Shown: one piece after another, positions 8,700 through 17,642 of the stretch
How the letters are laid out: every line of letters starts with the position of its first letter
How positions within the stretch are numbered: the first letter of the stretch is position 1
DNA from: an uncultured archaeon
GTDB taxonomy: Archaea; Asgardarchaeota; Lokiarchaeia; Sigyniarchaeales; SOKP01
Reading direction: 5' to 3'
Assembly (NCBI GenBank): GCA_964447495.1
Contig: CAYUTF010000068.1
Span: 1 to 17,899 of the forward strand
DNA length: 17,899 bases
The notes under the pieces: generated by a model
Told to the model about the DNA's origin: nothing
Seen by the model: the letters and a program-made list of their open reading frames with translations, nothing else
Databases searched by the model: none
Made by a program: the position numbers and the translations under genes

Positions 8700-9371
8700 T
8701 TATCGTTTAGATGTAAATAAATTGATTTTTCTACGCTTCAACCTTAAATAAATACTCATTTGCAAACCATTCAAAAATAAAGTAATAAGTCCAATTACAA
8801 AAAGAAAAAAACCAATAGAATAACCAGAATCTATGCAATATGTTTCTGGAATTAGAAATATATCATCACAGCCATAAAAGTGTATACTGGCAATGAACTC
8901 TATGCTTAAAGTTATCAATATTAACTCAATTAATTCTAATGAAATAGCAACATTTGTTTTTTCTTTTGCAGATATCTTAATAACGAGGATGATTAATCCG
9001 ATTAAATAAGCATGATATATAAAAGACAGGAGGATGTCGCCTAAGTTTGATTCAATAATAAAAAAATTCCGAATTAAATCACCTCCAAAGCCAAAATAAT
9101 GATGATAATACCATGGAAAGCCAAAATAATGATGATAATACCATGGAAAGCCAAAAAAAATGATTAAAAATATAATTCCAATTAATTCTATAACAAAAGA
9201 AATAAATCTATGCTTTTTATTTATAAACTCTTTAAAATTAATGTTAATTTTCCAGTGTCTTGATTGATTCATAGGCTTACTTAATGATATTACTCCCAAG
9301 AAATCCATTAATAACCAACAATTGAGAATAAATAGAAGATAAATTGGATCCTCCATTATACTAAACATCAT
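8700..9371 (-). CDS. Hypothetical multi-pass membrane protein with duplicated FGFPWYYHHY segment; start uncertain
   Basis: Four to five hydrophobic segments; no family recognised. Confidence 0.6.
   Translation of the reverse strand: MMFSIMEDPIYLLFILNCWLLMDFLGVISLSKPMNQSRHWKININFKEFINKKHRFISFVIELIGIIFLIIFFGFPWYYHHYFGFPWYYHHYFGFGGDLIRNFFIIESNLGDILLSFIYHAYLIGLIILVIKISAKEKTNVAISLELIELILITLSIEFIASIHFYGCDDIFLIPETYCIDSGYSIGFFLFVIGLITLFLNGLQMSIYLRLKRRKINLFTSKR
9087..9156. repeat. Perfect 30-nt tandem repeat (2 copies plus 10 nt)
   Basis: AAAGCCAAAATAATGATGATAATACCATGG at 9087-9116 and 9117-9146, followed by AAAGCCAAAA at 9147-9156. Confidence 0.95.
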
Positions 9372-9556
9372 CTAAACGAATTGACGTATCCAAATAAAAA
9401 TTAATCAATGTCCACTTAAATTACTTTTGTAACTTTTTCTGAAGAAGATTTAGTTAATATTATCCCAGTTTAAGATGATTTTTGAATATCCTCTTGTTTA
9501 AATAGTTCATAAGTAAAACGGTTGATAAATATTAAAAAAAAAATTATTAAATGAAA

Positions 9557-10828
9557 TTAAAATAATCTCATGAATCTTTGAATCTGAGATTTAATTAAAA
9601 GTAGTTGTATATTTCGAGCTCCACCAATAACTTCTTCAATTTTACTCACATCTGTGAGCTCATCTAATTTAGTATTATCTGTAACACTAATTCCTCCCAT
9701 ATGCTGTTGAACTTCATAACAGATTTCATGAGTCAATTTTGCAGTATAATATTTCCCTTGAGATGAAATACTTGCAACCCATTTTTCTGCTTCTTTTGAA
9801 GATTTTTCGGCAAAAAGGATTTTTTCATCATAAATTGTGGCAGCTTGCAATGCTAACGATGTGGCAGCAGTACATTTCGTTAATAAATCGGCCAATCCGT
9901 ATCCAACTCCTTGATATCTAATAACAGGCTTGCCAAATTGTTCTCTTAGATTAGTATAGATTATACCGTATATTAGACCCGCCCAACATATACCAATACC
10001 TGACCCCATAATACCCAATCTTTCTGGAACAAGCCCTTCAAATAACCTTGTATAACCTAAACCATCATCTGCTAAGATATATTCCTTTGGGATTTTGACA
10101 TTGTCAAAGGTTGTATGGGCAATATGAACACGTGGGACGGAATTAATTTTTAAGCGATCTGTCTTTACACCAAATTCGCGTTTAATCATGGCTTGGACCA
10201 TTGTATCTCTTGGATGTGCCTCATCATGGACAGCATAAGCACAGAAGTAATCTGCTTTTGGGCCATTTGTTGTATAAACTTTTTCACCATTATATATAAC
10301 TCCATCCTCTGTTTTTGTACAGATTGTAGTTAAATTCACAGCATCAGATCCCCTAGAAGGTTCAGTAATACCAATACATCCTATTTTTTGTCCGGAAATT
10401 AATTCATCTTGCACCTTTCGAATAGTGTCTCCTTTACCTCCATGTTGATAATAGTGAAACGTGGGATTCCCGCATAATATCCCACTTGCTAATCTAGCAA
10501 GCTCAAGCTGTGGATCTAACATAGAGAGGTGAGTTCCTAAGAGGATTTCTTTTTTCATTCCATAGGGCGTGAAATCGTTCCATTTATTTATCCGCTGCAT
10601 GTATCCAAATTTTCCTAATTCCGGAAATAACACATATACATCTTTTGATTTATCTATCTTTGGATGTAATTCTAAACAAAAATTTTGCAATTCTCGGCAA
10701 TATTCTTTTTCCTCTTCATTGAGCATTGGAAAAACATTGTCGTTAAAAATTTTGAAGACGTTATCCAACGACATTTTCTCATGGATCTTATCATCAATTA
10801 TTTTCTCTTGCATTTTCTTTTCGACCAA
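9557..10828 (-). CDS. Acyl-CoA dehydrogenase family protein
   Basis: GCIGITEPSRGSDA, YNGEKVYTTNG, FDNVKIP, ERL, REQFGKPV..YQGV, VQQHMGG. TTG start at 10828; ATG at 10813 is an alternative. Confidence 0.95.
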   Translation of the reverse strand: MVEKKMQEKIIDDKIHEKMSLDNVFKIFNDNVFPMLNEEEKEYCRELQNFCLELHPKIDKSKDVYVLFPELGKFGYMQRINKWNDFTPYGMKKEILLGTHLSMLDPQLELARLASGILCGNPTFHYYQHGGKGDTIRKVQDELISGQKIGCIGITEPSRGSDAVNLTTICTKTEDGVIYNGEKVYTTNGPKADYFCAYAVHDEAHPRDTMVQAMIKREFGVKTDRLKINSVPRVHIAHTTFDNVKIPKEYILADDGLGYTRLFEGLVPERLGIMGSGIGICWAGLIYGIIYTNLREQFGKPVIRYQGVGYGLADLLTKCTAATSLALQAATIYDEKILFAEKSSKEAEKWVASISSQGKYYTAKLTHEICYEVQQHMGGISVTDNTKLDELTDVSKIEEVIGGARNIQLLLIKSQIQRFMRLF

Positions 10829-10999
10829 CTTGGTTTAAATATTAATTCCATTGAAAGAATTATTATAATTAGTCAAATTTTTTATTGTAATTAAATCTTT
10901 AATATCGAGTATATCGGAAAAAATTATAAAATTATATTAATGTAATTATTCATACTTAACTTAACAGTAACCATTTGAGCTAATCAAAATCTATTCATT

Positions 11000-12652
11000 A
11001 TGTCAGCAATTATTCCAGCATTACTCATTTCAATTTTATTAGTGGTTTTTTACATTTTTTTAACATATTGGTATAAATCTTATCTTGATAAAATTGAAAA
11101 TAAACGCCAGCAGAAGTTATTAGCGAAACAAATCGAAAAGTATATCCCTGAAGAAAAAAAAGACGAAATGAAAGAGAAGCTAGAAAAAATTTCGAATTTA
11201 ATTAAAGAAACGGAAAAATCTGTAGAGGATGATGTTAAGAAAAAGGTTAAAGTAGCTGAAATTCAAGCGAAATTAAAAGATAAAGAATCAGAGATAATTG
11301 AGCAAGCAGAAAAAGAATACCGTATTCAATCTGCTGGATTAAGATCTGCCCTGCCAAGAACAGAAGAAGAGTTATTCTCTGATATGGAAATTTTGAAGGA
11401 ATCAATAAGTATCCTTGAGTCTTTCGATGAGGAATTTTATCTTTCTGAACCAAAAAAAGCAGATGTAGGTACGGGAATGTTTTATGATAAGATGACAAGA
11501 AGATTACAACGAATTATTAAAGAAAACAATTTATCTGAATTTAAGATCATCCCTATTCAAAGACTAAAATACTATGCTTTCTCAAACGTTAAAAATATTA
11601 AAGATACCGATTTTTTACCGATACTGAATCTCATGAAAGAGACTAAACTTATTGGTGATTTTGTAGAAATTAATCCTAAATTTCATATCATTGTATTTAG
11701 TAATGAAGAATATGATTTTTCTAATCCCGAAAATGTAATTCTTACGTTTGCATATGAGAAAAAAAAGCTTACTATAGAAGAATTGTTAGAATTAACAGAA
11801 TGGGATTTTACCTATGCCAGCAAGGTTTTAAATGAATTATTTAGTAAAGAACTCGCCACAATTATGGATGATATGATTGCGATAGAAGGTTTTGGTTCTG
11901 AAGAAGAACGAAAAAAGTGGAATGAGATTATTTCACAATATGTTGACCATGAAAAAGAAAAAGTAGAAGAAAAGGAAAAAAATAAGATCGCAATAACAGA
12001 GAGGATTCAAGAGAGCGTAGTTAATTCAGAGAAAATTCGTCTTAAAGAAGATAGGCTTGCGAAAAAAAGACATGATAAGTATATTATAGAATCTAATGAG
12101 GAATTAGAGCAAATAGATAATGATATACCCATTATTAAGTTTAAAGGTAAACCTCAAGTTAAAAAAATCGCAGATTTGGGAAAAATTAGCGAGTTTAAAG
12201 GAAAAACCTTTGAAGAACTTTCGGATAAAGATTTAAAGAACTTGATCTCTCAAAAAATTTTAAGTTATCACGAGACATATTCATTATTAAATGGTGGATT
12301 TGTTCAATACAAAAAACTTTCAACCTTTATTATCGAACATATAAAAAATGCTACAGAGGAGTTGATACAAGAGACCATTACAAAATTAATAAAGTTGGAA
12401 ATGATTCACGTATCCTTTGAAATGAACGATCAGAAATTTTATGCATTTAAGGAGATCAATTTAAATCAATCGGATAAAGAATTTATCAGTTTTGCACTAG
12501 AAAAAGAGCCAATGAAAAAAGAAGATTTCATAGAGGGTTTGCAATGGGATGAAGAAGAAGTACTTTCTACGATGCAAAATCTTCAAAGCAAAGGTATCCT
12601 TCGAATTGAACAAAATGCTATAATCATACCCGGGATTTTACAAAAAAAATAA
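11000..12652 (+). CDS. N-terminally membrane-anchored coiled-coil protein with two ESCRT-II (Vps22/Vps36, EAP30)-like tandem winged-helix modules
   Basis: TM helix at about aa 4-24; charged coiled coil; two ~140-aa mutually similar modules (aa ~157-298 and ~408-547) that resemble the Vps22/SNF8 pattern by eye. The ORF is certain; the family call is inference. Confidence 0.6.
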   Translation: MSAIIPALLISILLVVFYIFLTYWYKSYLDKIENKRQQKLLAKQIEKYIPEEKKDEMKEKLEKISNLIKETEKSVEDDVKKKVKVAEIQAKLKDKESEIIEQAEKEYRIQSAGLRSALPRTEEELFSDMEILKESISILESFDEEFYLSEPKKADVGTGMFYDKMTRRLQRIIKENNLSEFKIIPIQRLKYYAFSNVKNIKDTDFLPILNLMKETKLIGDFVEINPKFHIIVFSNEEYDFSNPENVILTFAYEKKKLTIEELLELTEWDFTYASKVLNELFSKELATIMDDMIAIEGFGSEEERKKWNEIISQYVDHEKEKVEEKEKNKIAITERIQESVVNSEKIRLKEDRLAKKRHDKYIIESNEELEQIDNDIPIIKFKGKPQVKKIADLGKISEFKGKTFEELSDKDLKNLISQKILSYHETYSLLNGGFVQYKKLSTFIIEHIKNATEELIQETITKLIKLEMIHVSFEMNDQKFYAFKEINLNQSDKEFISFALEKEPMKKEDFIEGLQWDEEEVLSTMQNLQSKGILRIEQNAIIIPGILQKK

Positions 12653-12683
12653 AATCTGTATTTAATAAACAATAAAACGAGTT

Positions 12684-14432
12684 CTATGTATAATTTTTCT
12701 TTACATATTCCATAACATTATTAATTTCTTTCTGATATCTCTCTCGTTTTGTAAAAATATAAAATCTTACGTCAGGTCCTGTCCCTGAAGGTCTAAAATA
12801 AAGGGTTGAATCCTTACTCTTTAAACGATATATATCAATTTTATTGTTATTATCGGACAAAGCATTGATTAAATATTCCACGTTATTGATAGCAATTTGT
12901 TTTCCGTCATTTTTTTCAAAGTTTTTCATGATTTTTACTTTTTCCTCATCATCAGCATGAATTGTCTGATTTATCCCGACTATTGACCAATCAATCGCTT
13001 CTGAGATGTTGTATCCTCTAGAAATTAATTCTGATGCTATTACTAAAGCGGGTACAGGGTATTTATCGGCAATTAGAGGATAATCGGTTGCAAAACGATA
13101 TGTTGCTTTTCTATTCTCTTTAGTTACATTTAAAACGTTTAAAGTATGACCTCCCGATTCTTCCCACATAACAATAAGAAATTGTTGATCTTTTAAATGA
13201 TTTTGTTCCATTAAATTGATAATTCGCTGTTTCAGAGGAAATGGGTTATCGATTTTAATTAATTCTTTATTTTCTCCTTCTATATACATAATCGCAGTAT
13301 CAATTTTTGATTGATCAACTTCTATATCAAAGAGGAAATAGAGAATAACTCCTAAGTGCTTATATCCTACACCAGTCAAGATATTTAGAAAACTATTTAA
13401 ATCTCCTCGTAAATCACTTGGAATCGTTCTTACATTTATAATTTTCTTGTTAAATTCTTTTGCTAAAATATTGTGCATAGCGGAATAAATTTCATTTGGT
13501 ATATATGTGAAGTATTGCCCATCTTGCTTCACAAAAAGTGCGATTCTATCTCTATCAGCGTCAAGTAATATAGCTAAATCAGATTTAGTGTTATTCATGA
13601 CTTCTTGTAGCCTCTCTTCACGAATTTCCTTGATTGGGTTTGGAGGATTTATTTCTTCCTCTATTAAGTGCACTTTTGCTCCTAATTGCGTAAAAAGATT
13701 TACGATACCTCTTGCTTTTCCCAAATAAGGCCAAATCACTATGTTCTTATTGATGAGGCTTTCAATTTCTATTACATCAGAAAGAAGGTTAATCACATAA
13801 TCATTATTTATTTGTTCAGCATCGATCAGAATTGGCTTAAAATCAGGATTTAGTTCAATTTCATTAAATTTAAGAGCTCTTTTGGAAATATCTTCAAATA
13901 GATCTCCCGAAATGGGTATAGGATAATCAATATAAAACTTTATCCCATTCCATGATAAATCATTATGTGAAGCAGTTAACACGATAACTAAATCGATATT
14001 TTCTAACAATATTACCGAAGCAGCTCCATACGGTGATGAGATTCGCGATTTTGCTTTATCATCAACTTGGTAGAATATCTCAAACCCTTCATATGAGAAA
14101 ATTTGGGAACAATAATTTAGGAGTATATCTTTTGTTGGCCTATCATCAGTAACAATTAGTACTTTTAAATTTTTATTTTCTTTCAAATCTTTAAATTTGT
14201 GACTAATAGCCTTAAACACTCTTAAGAAGAGATAGAGTTTTCTTTTAGTTAATATGTAGGTCACTAATCCCTCCTTTTCAATAGCGTCTAAAATCTGAAT
14301 TCGTAATCCTGATGTTGGTGCTATTATAGGATCTATAATGTTAATCTCATCATTGTTTAATGGTGGTAATTTCAGAACTTTATGATCCCCAACTTCTTCT
14401 AATGCAACATCTTCTGATTTATAGTCAATCAT
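12684..14432 (-). CDS. Alpha-D-phosphohexomutase (phosphoglucomutase/phosphomannomutase family)
   Basis: TSGLR, catalytic TASHN, metal-binding DADRDR, EESGG, RPSGT. Confidence 0.9.
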   Translation of the reverse strand: MIDYKSEDVALEEVGDHKVLKLPPLNNDEINIIDPIIAPTSGLRIQILDAIEKEGLVTYILTKRKLYLFLRVFKAISHKFKDLKENKNLKVLIVTDDRPTKDILLNYCSQIFSYEGFEIFYQVDDKAKSRISSPYGAASVILLENIDLVIVLTASHNDLSWNGIKFYIDYPIPISGDLFEDISKRALKFNEIELNPDFKPILIDAEQINNDYVINLLSDVIEIESLINKNIVIWPYLGKARGIVNLFTQLGAKVHLIEEEINPPNPIKEIREERLQEVMNNTKSDLAILLDADRDRIALFVKQDGQYFTYIPNEIYSAMHNILAKEFNKKIINVRTIPSDLRGDLNSFLNILTGVGYKHLGVILYFLFDIEVDQSKIDTAIMYIEGENKELIKIDNPFPLKQRIINLMEQNHLKDQQFLIVMWEESGGHTLNVLNVTKENRKATYRFATDYPLIADKYPVPALVIASELISRGYNISEAIDWSIVGINQTIHADDEEKVKIMKNFEKNDGKQIAINNVEYLINALSDNNNKIDIYRLKSKDSTLYFRPSGTGPDVRFYIFTKRERYQKEINNVMEYVKKNYT

Positions 14433-14560
14433 ACAATCAATTAATAAATTTGAGAGATAATAAGCTATAATTTTGAAACTTATAAATTATTTATCCTTGG
14501 ATATGAAACGATACTAAAATATACTATATTGCCTGAAATGAGTCAAAATAGAACAGAATT

Positions 14561-15469
14561 TCATTTAATTTTCTTATCGGGATATACTCGTTTTATCGAA
14601 TCTCTTAATATTGCATGAATTTTTTCTCTATACACAGGATTGATTGCAATCATTCCATGAACTTTAATTTCTGGATGCCTATCTGCCTCAGATAATATTC
14701 TTTCACAAAATTCCGGTGTTAATCTGTGAGGGAGGTCTTGCTTATTCGCTATTCCAATTACAAGGGTATCCTTGTAATATTTATCCAATACATCACGGAT
14801 TATCTCCTTACATTGATTCACATTTTCAAAACTCGAATCTAATACTAATAAGGCAACATCTGTACTATCAAGCAAGCTTTTCCATAAAGATCTGAAATTT
14901 TCTTGTCCCGCAAAATCCCAGAAAACGATTGAGCGATGAATATCAAGCGTTTCTCCATCAAAGGAAGTAATATCCACATTTATAGTAGGAACATACTCTA
15001 AATCAATATCTTTTCCGCAAATTAATTGAAGAAGTGTGGTTTTTCCCACTCCTCCTGTTCCGATAATAGAGACTTTAATTGCACCTAAGATTGTCTCATC
15101 AATTTCTCTTTCAAATTCATTAAAGATTGTCCTATTTCCTGACCAAGTTCCGCTTTTTAGGATCGCTCCATATCGCTTTATGAATTTTGCTCGAATAGTT
15201 GAAATCTTTGAATTAACTGTTGCATCATCATCTTCTAAATCAGTACAGACTACAATTATTATCTCATCTATAATGGTATAATAGTATTTAAACTCATCTG
15301 TTGCTGTATTTCTAATATCAGATTGGCTTATCTCTTTCATAAACCCTGAAAATGCACTTAGGAAACCGGCTAAAAGATCTCTATCGACTTCAGAACTACC
15401 ATAGTTTCTGAAAAGTAATGATTTCCCATCTTTAGTTAAGATATTGATATATTGGATTATTTTAATCAC
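14561..15469 (-). CDS. Longin-like domain fused to a Ras-superfamily (Arf-like) small GTPase
   Basis: N-terminal ILTKDGKSLLFRNY...DLLAGFLSAFSGFMKEI longin-like pattern; G1 GTGGVGKTT, G2 YVPT, G3 WDFAGQ (ENFRSLW), G4 NKQD; GTG start. Confidence 0.85.
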   Translation of the reverse strand: MIKIIQYINILTKDGKSLLFRNYGSSEVDRDLLAGFLSAFSGFMKEISQSDIRNTATDEFKYYYTIIDEIIIVVCTDLEDDDATVNSKISTIRAKFIKRYGAILKSGTWSGNRTIFNEFEREIDETILGAIKVSIIGTGGVGKTTLLQLICGKDIDLEYVPTINVDITSFDGETLDIHRSIVFWDFAGQENFRSLWKSLLDSTDVALLVLDSSFENVNQCKEIIRDVLDKYYKDTLVIGIANKQDLPHRLTPEFCERILSEADRHPEIKVHGMIAINPVYREKIHAILRDSIKRVYPDKKIK

Positions 15470-15645
15470 GCAATAATAGGGTTGATATCATATAACTTGA
15501 AAAGCTTGATTTTATATAATTTACTAATATATTACTAAATAATTAAAAACAATTAAAAATTGATCATTTAAAGAATTCTATTTAGAGGATTGGTATATTT
15601 TTTCCTTAATTAGATATTAAAAATCGATTGGTGATTATAGGTAGG

Positions 15646-16287
15646 ATGAGCAATAAAACGAGTATTGATACAGAAGAGCTTTTAACAAAATTAAATGACC
15701 TTAATGAGAAACTTGGTCAATTTTCCTCTATTCTTGAAAAATTTGGTTTAGATATCATTACAAAAATGGGACAAACAAATTTGAAAATTAATATGTTAAC
15801 TGATAAAATAAACGAGCTTCATAAAGCTACCATTGATATTAAAAGTATGAATCCACAAATAAAAAGTGTAATAGATAATCAACAAGGAATACAAGATGAA
15901 TTAGATCTTATTAAATCACTTCTATCTAATTTAAAAACGATAAGCCTTAAGGAAGAAACCATTGGTCATGCGATTGAAAGGGATGAAACTGCTACAGATA
16001 AGAAAAACATAATCATGAAAGGGTTTAACGATTTAAAAAACGATTTAGAGACGATAGATGATCCTATAGCGATTAAAGAGCTTTTAGAGAAAATTAAAGA
16101 AGATATTTTCGAATTTACGGGAGGGCACCGAATACTTTATGAAATATCTCAATCTATCACTCGTCTTGAAAATGCTAACTCCTTAACAGAAGAATACCAA
16201 AGTGAAAAACCAAATTCACCTACAATCAGCACTTTTTTAAAAGACAAGATTACTTTTTGGAGTAACAAATTAATGGTAAAAGATTGA
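15646..16287 (+). CDS. Hypothetical alpha-helical/coiled-coil protein
   Basis: Long heptad-rich N-terminal half and helical C-terminal domain. ATG 15646, preceded by GGTGAT at 15630-15635, is preferred over TTG 15628. Confidence 0.75.
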   Translation: MSNKTSIDTEELLTKLNDLNEKLGQFSSILEKFGLDIITKMGQTNLKINMLTDKINELHKATIDIKSMNPQIKSVIDNQQGIQDELDLIKSLLSNLKTISLKEETIGHAIERDETATDKKNIIMKGFNDLKNDLETIDDPIAIKELLEKIKEDIFEFTGGHRILYEISQSITRLENANSLTEEYQSEKPNSPTISTFLKDKITFWSNKLMVKD

Positions 16288-16494
16288 ACTAACTATTTCT
16301 AAAAAACTTGATTTTAGCAGATTCCAAATCACTACATTATTGTTATGTGATAGAACTTTATTAATAAGCTTTAAATAAAAGATGGATATTACTAGAAATA
16401 TTTTTTTCCAAAAATGTAAATACTTATAAAAAAAAGAATGATACTCTAGAATTACCCACATTTAATATTTTATCAACTTTTAAGAGGGTAAATT

Positions 16495-16647
16495 ATGATT
16501 TGCAAAGTGATCATCCATTGGAAGTTAAAACAAATTGAAGATGAAATAAATGAGTGGCTTAAAAATAATCCGAGTGTAAATATTAAACATTGCACTCAGA
16601 CTATTGTGAAAAATCAACTCATCACGAGCATATTCTATGAAGAGTAA
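16495..16647 (+). CDS. Small 50-aa protein absent from the ORF track, weakly Cse60-like
   Basis: Translates as MICKVIIHWKLKQIEDEINEWLKNNPSVNIKHCTQTIVKNQLITSIFYEE*; GAGGG just upstream of the ATG; fills an otherwise empty gap. Confidence 0.7.
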   Translation: MICKVIIHWKLKQIEDEINEWLKNNPSVNIKHCTQTIVKNQLITSIFYEE

Positions 16648-16859
16648 CCAAAAAATTATTTTGTCTTAATTACTCCTAATGAAAATCTTAAGTTTTTTCT
16701 TTAGGGTTTTTTCCTTTTATTTTTAAATTTATGGAAACTATGAAATACTAGCGAGGTTTTTTTGGAAAAATTCACTAAAGATTTTAAATATATACTCCAT
16801 ATTAATAATATTATATTCGTATTAAGAACTACAAATTATTGGTAGAAAAGAGATTCATC

Positions 16860-17423
16860 ATGAGTAAAGATAAAGATGATATTGTGTTTCGGGGAAGAAC
16901 AGAAGCGATATATAAAGTTATTGTGATCGGCGACCCTGCAGTTGGCAAAACGAGCCTTCTTACTAAGTTCGCAAAAAATCAATTCGAGGAAAAATACCTT
17001 CCAACAGTAGGCGTTAATATATTAAAAGAGCCTATTAATTTAAGTGAGGATACTGTTGTTAATCTGATGTTCTGGGATGTGGCAGGTCAGCCGCAATTCT
17101 ATATGCTCCACCGCCCTTATTTTAATGGTGCGGATGGCGTTATTTTAGTTTTCGATGTCACACGTTCAAGTACATTTTCAAATGTAAATAATTGGTGGAA
17201 CTCTGCAGTAAAGTATGGTTTAAGTGGTGTTCCACGCATTCTAATTGGCAATAAAATTGATCTAAAAGATGAACGAAAGATTATTTTACCTATGGCAGAA
17301 CATTTAAGCGAAAAATTAAATGCTCCTTATCTTGAAACCTCTGCGTTGACGGGAGAAAATGTGAAATTAATATTTCAAAAAATCGCAGAATTAGTATATA
17401 AAGCTAAACAATCTTTAGATTAA
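16860..17423 (+). CDS. Rab-like small GTPase
   Basis: GDPAVGKTS, YLPTVGV, WDVAGQ, YFNGA (RabF4-like), LVFDVT (RabF5-like), GNKID, ETSA. ATG 16860 preferred over TTG 16839; TTTAAATA at 16783-16790 upstream. Confidence 0.93.
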   Translation: MSKDKDDIVFRGRTEAIYKVIVIGDPAVGKTSLLTKFAKNQFEEKYLPTVGVNILKEPINLSEDTVVNLMFWDVAGQPQFYMLHRPYFNGADGVILVFDVTRSSTFSNVNNWWNSAVKYGLSGVPRILIGNKIDLKDERKIILPMAEHLSEKLNAPYLETSALTGENVKLIFQKIAELVYKAKQSLD

Positions 17424-17642
17424 ACTGATTCATACGGTTTAAATCTCATTCTTTTAACAAATTATAAACTTTGATTTCAATTCATTGGACATCTGTTTAG
17501 GTCATTTTATTAATTTAGCGTTTGTTCAAACTATGATAGTATCATTTTATTGAATTATATATAAAGTTAATAGAATCTGAATAGGGAGTGTTCTAATCCT
17601 ATTTTACTTCTGAACCTGGAATGTTGCTGGTTAACCGCAATT

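Noticed and set aside
9739-11498. ORFs 9739-9921, 10569-10838, 10685-10894 (+) and 11247-11498 (-)
   Set aside because: Antisense to the acyl-CoA dehydrogenase or the 550-aa gene; composition is not protein-like.
13507-16461. ORFs 13507-13728 (+), 15036-15281 (+) and 16270-16461 (-)
   Set aside because: The first two are antisense shadows; the third is AT-rich intergenic sequence with no motif and overlaps the end of the upstream gene.
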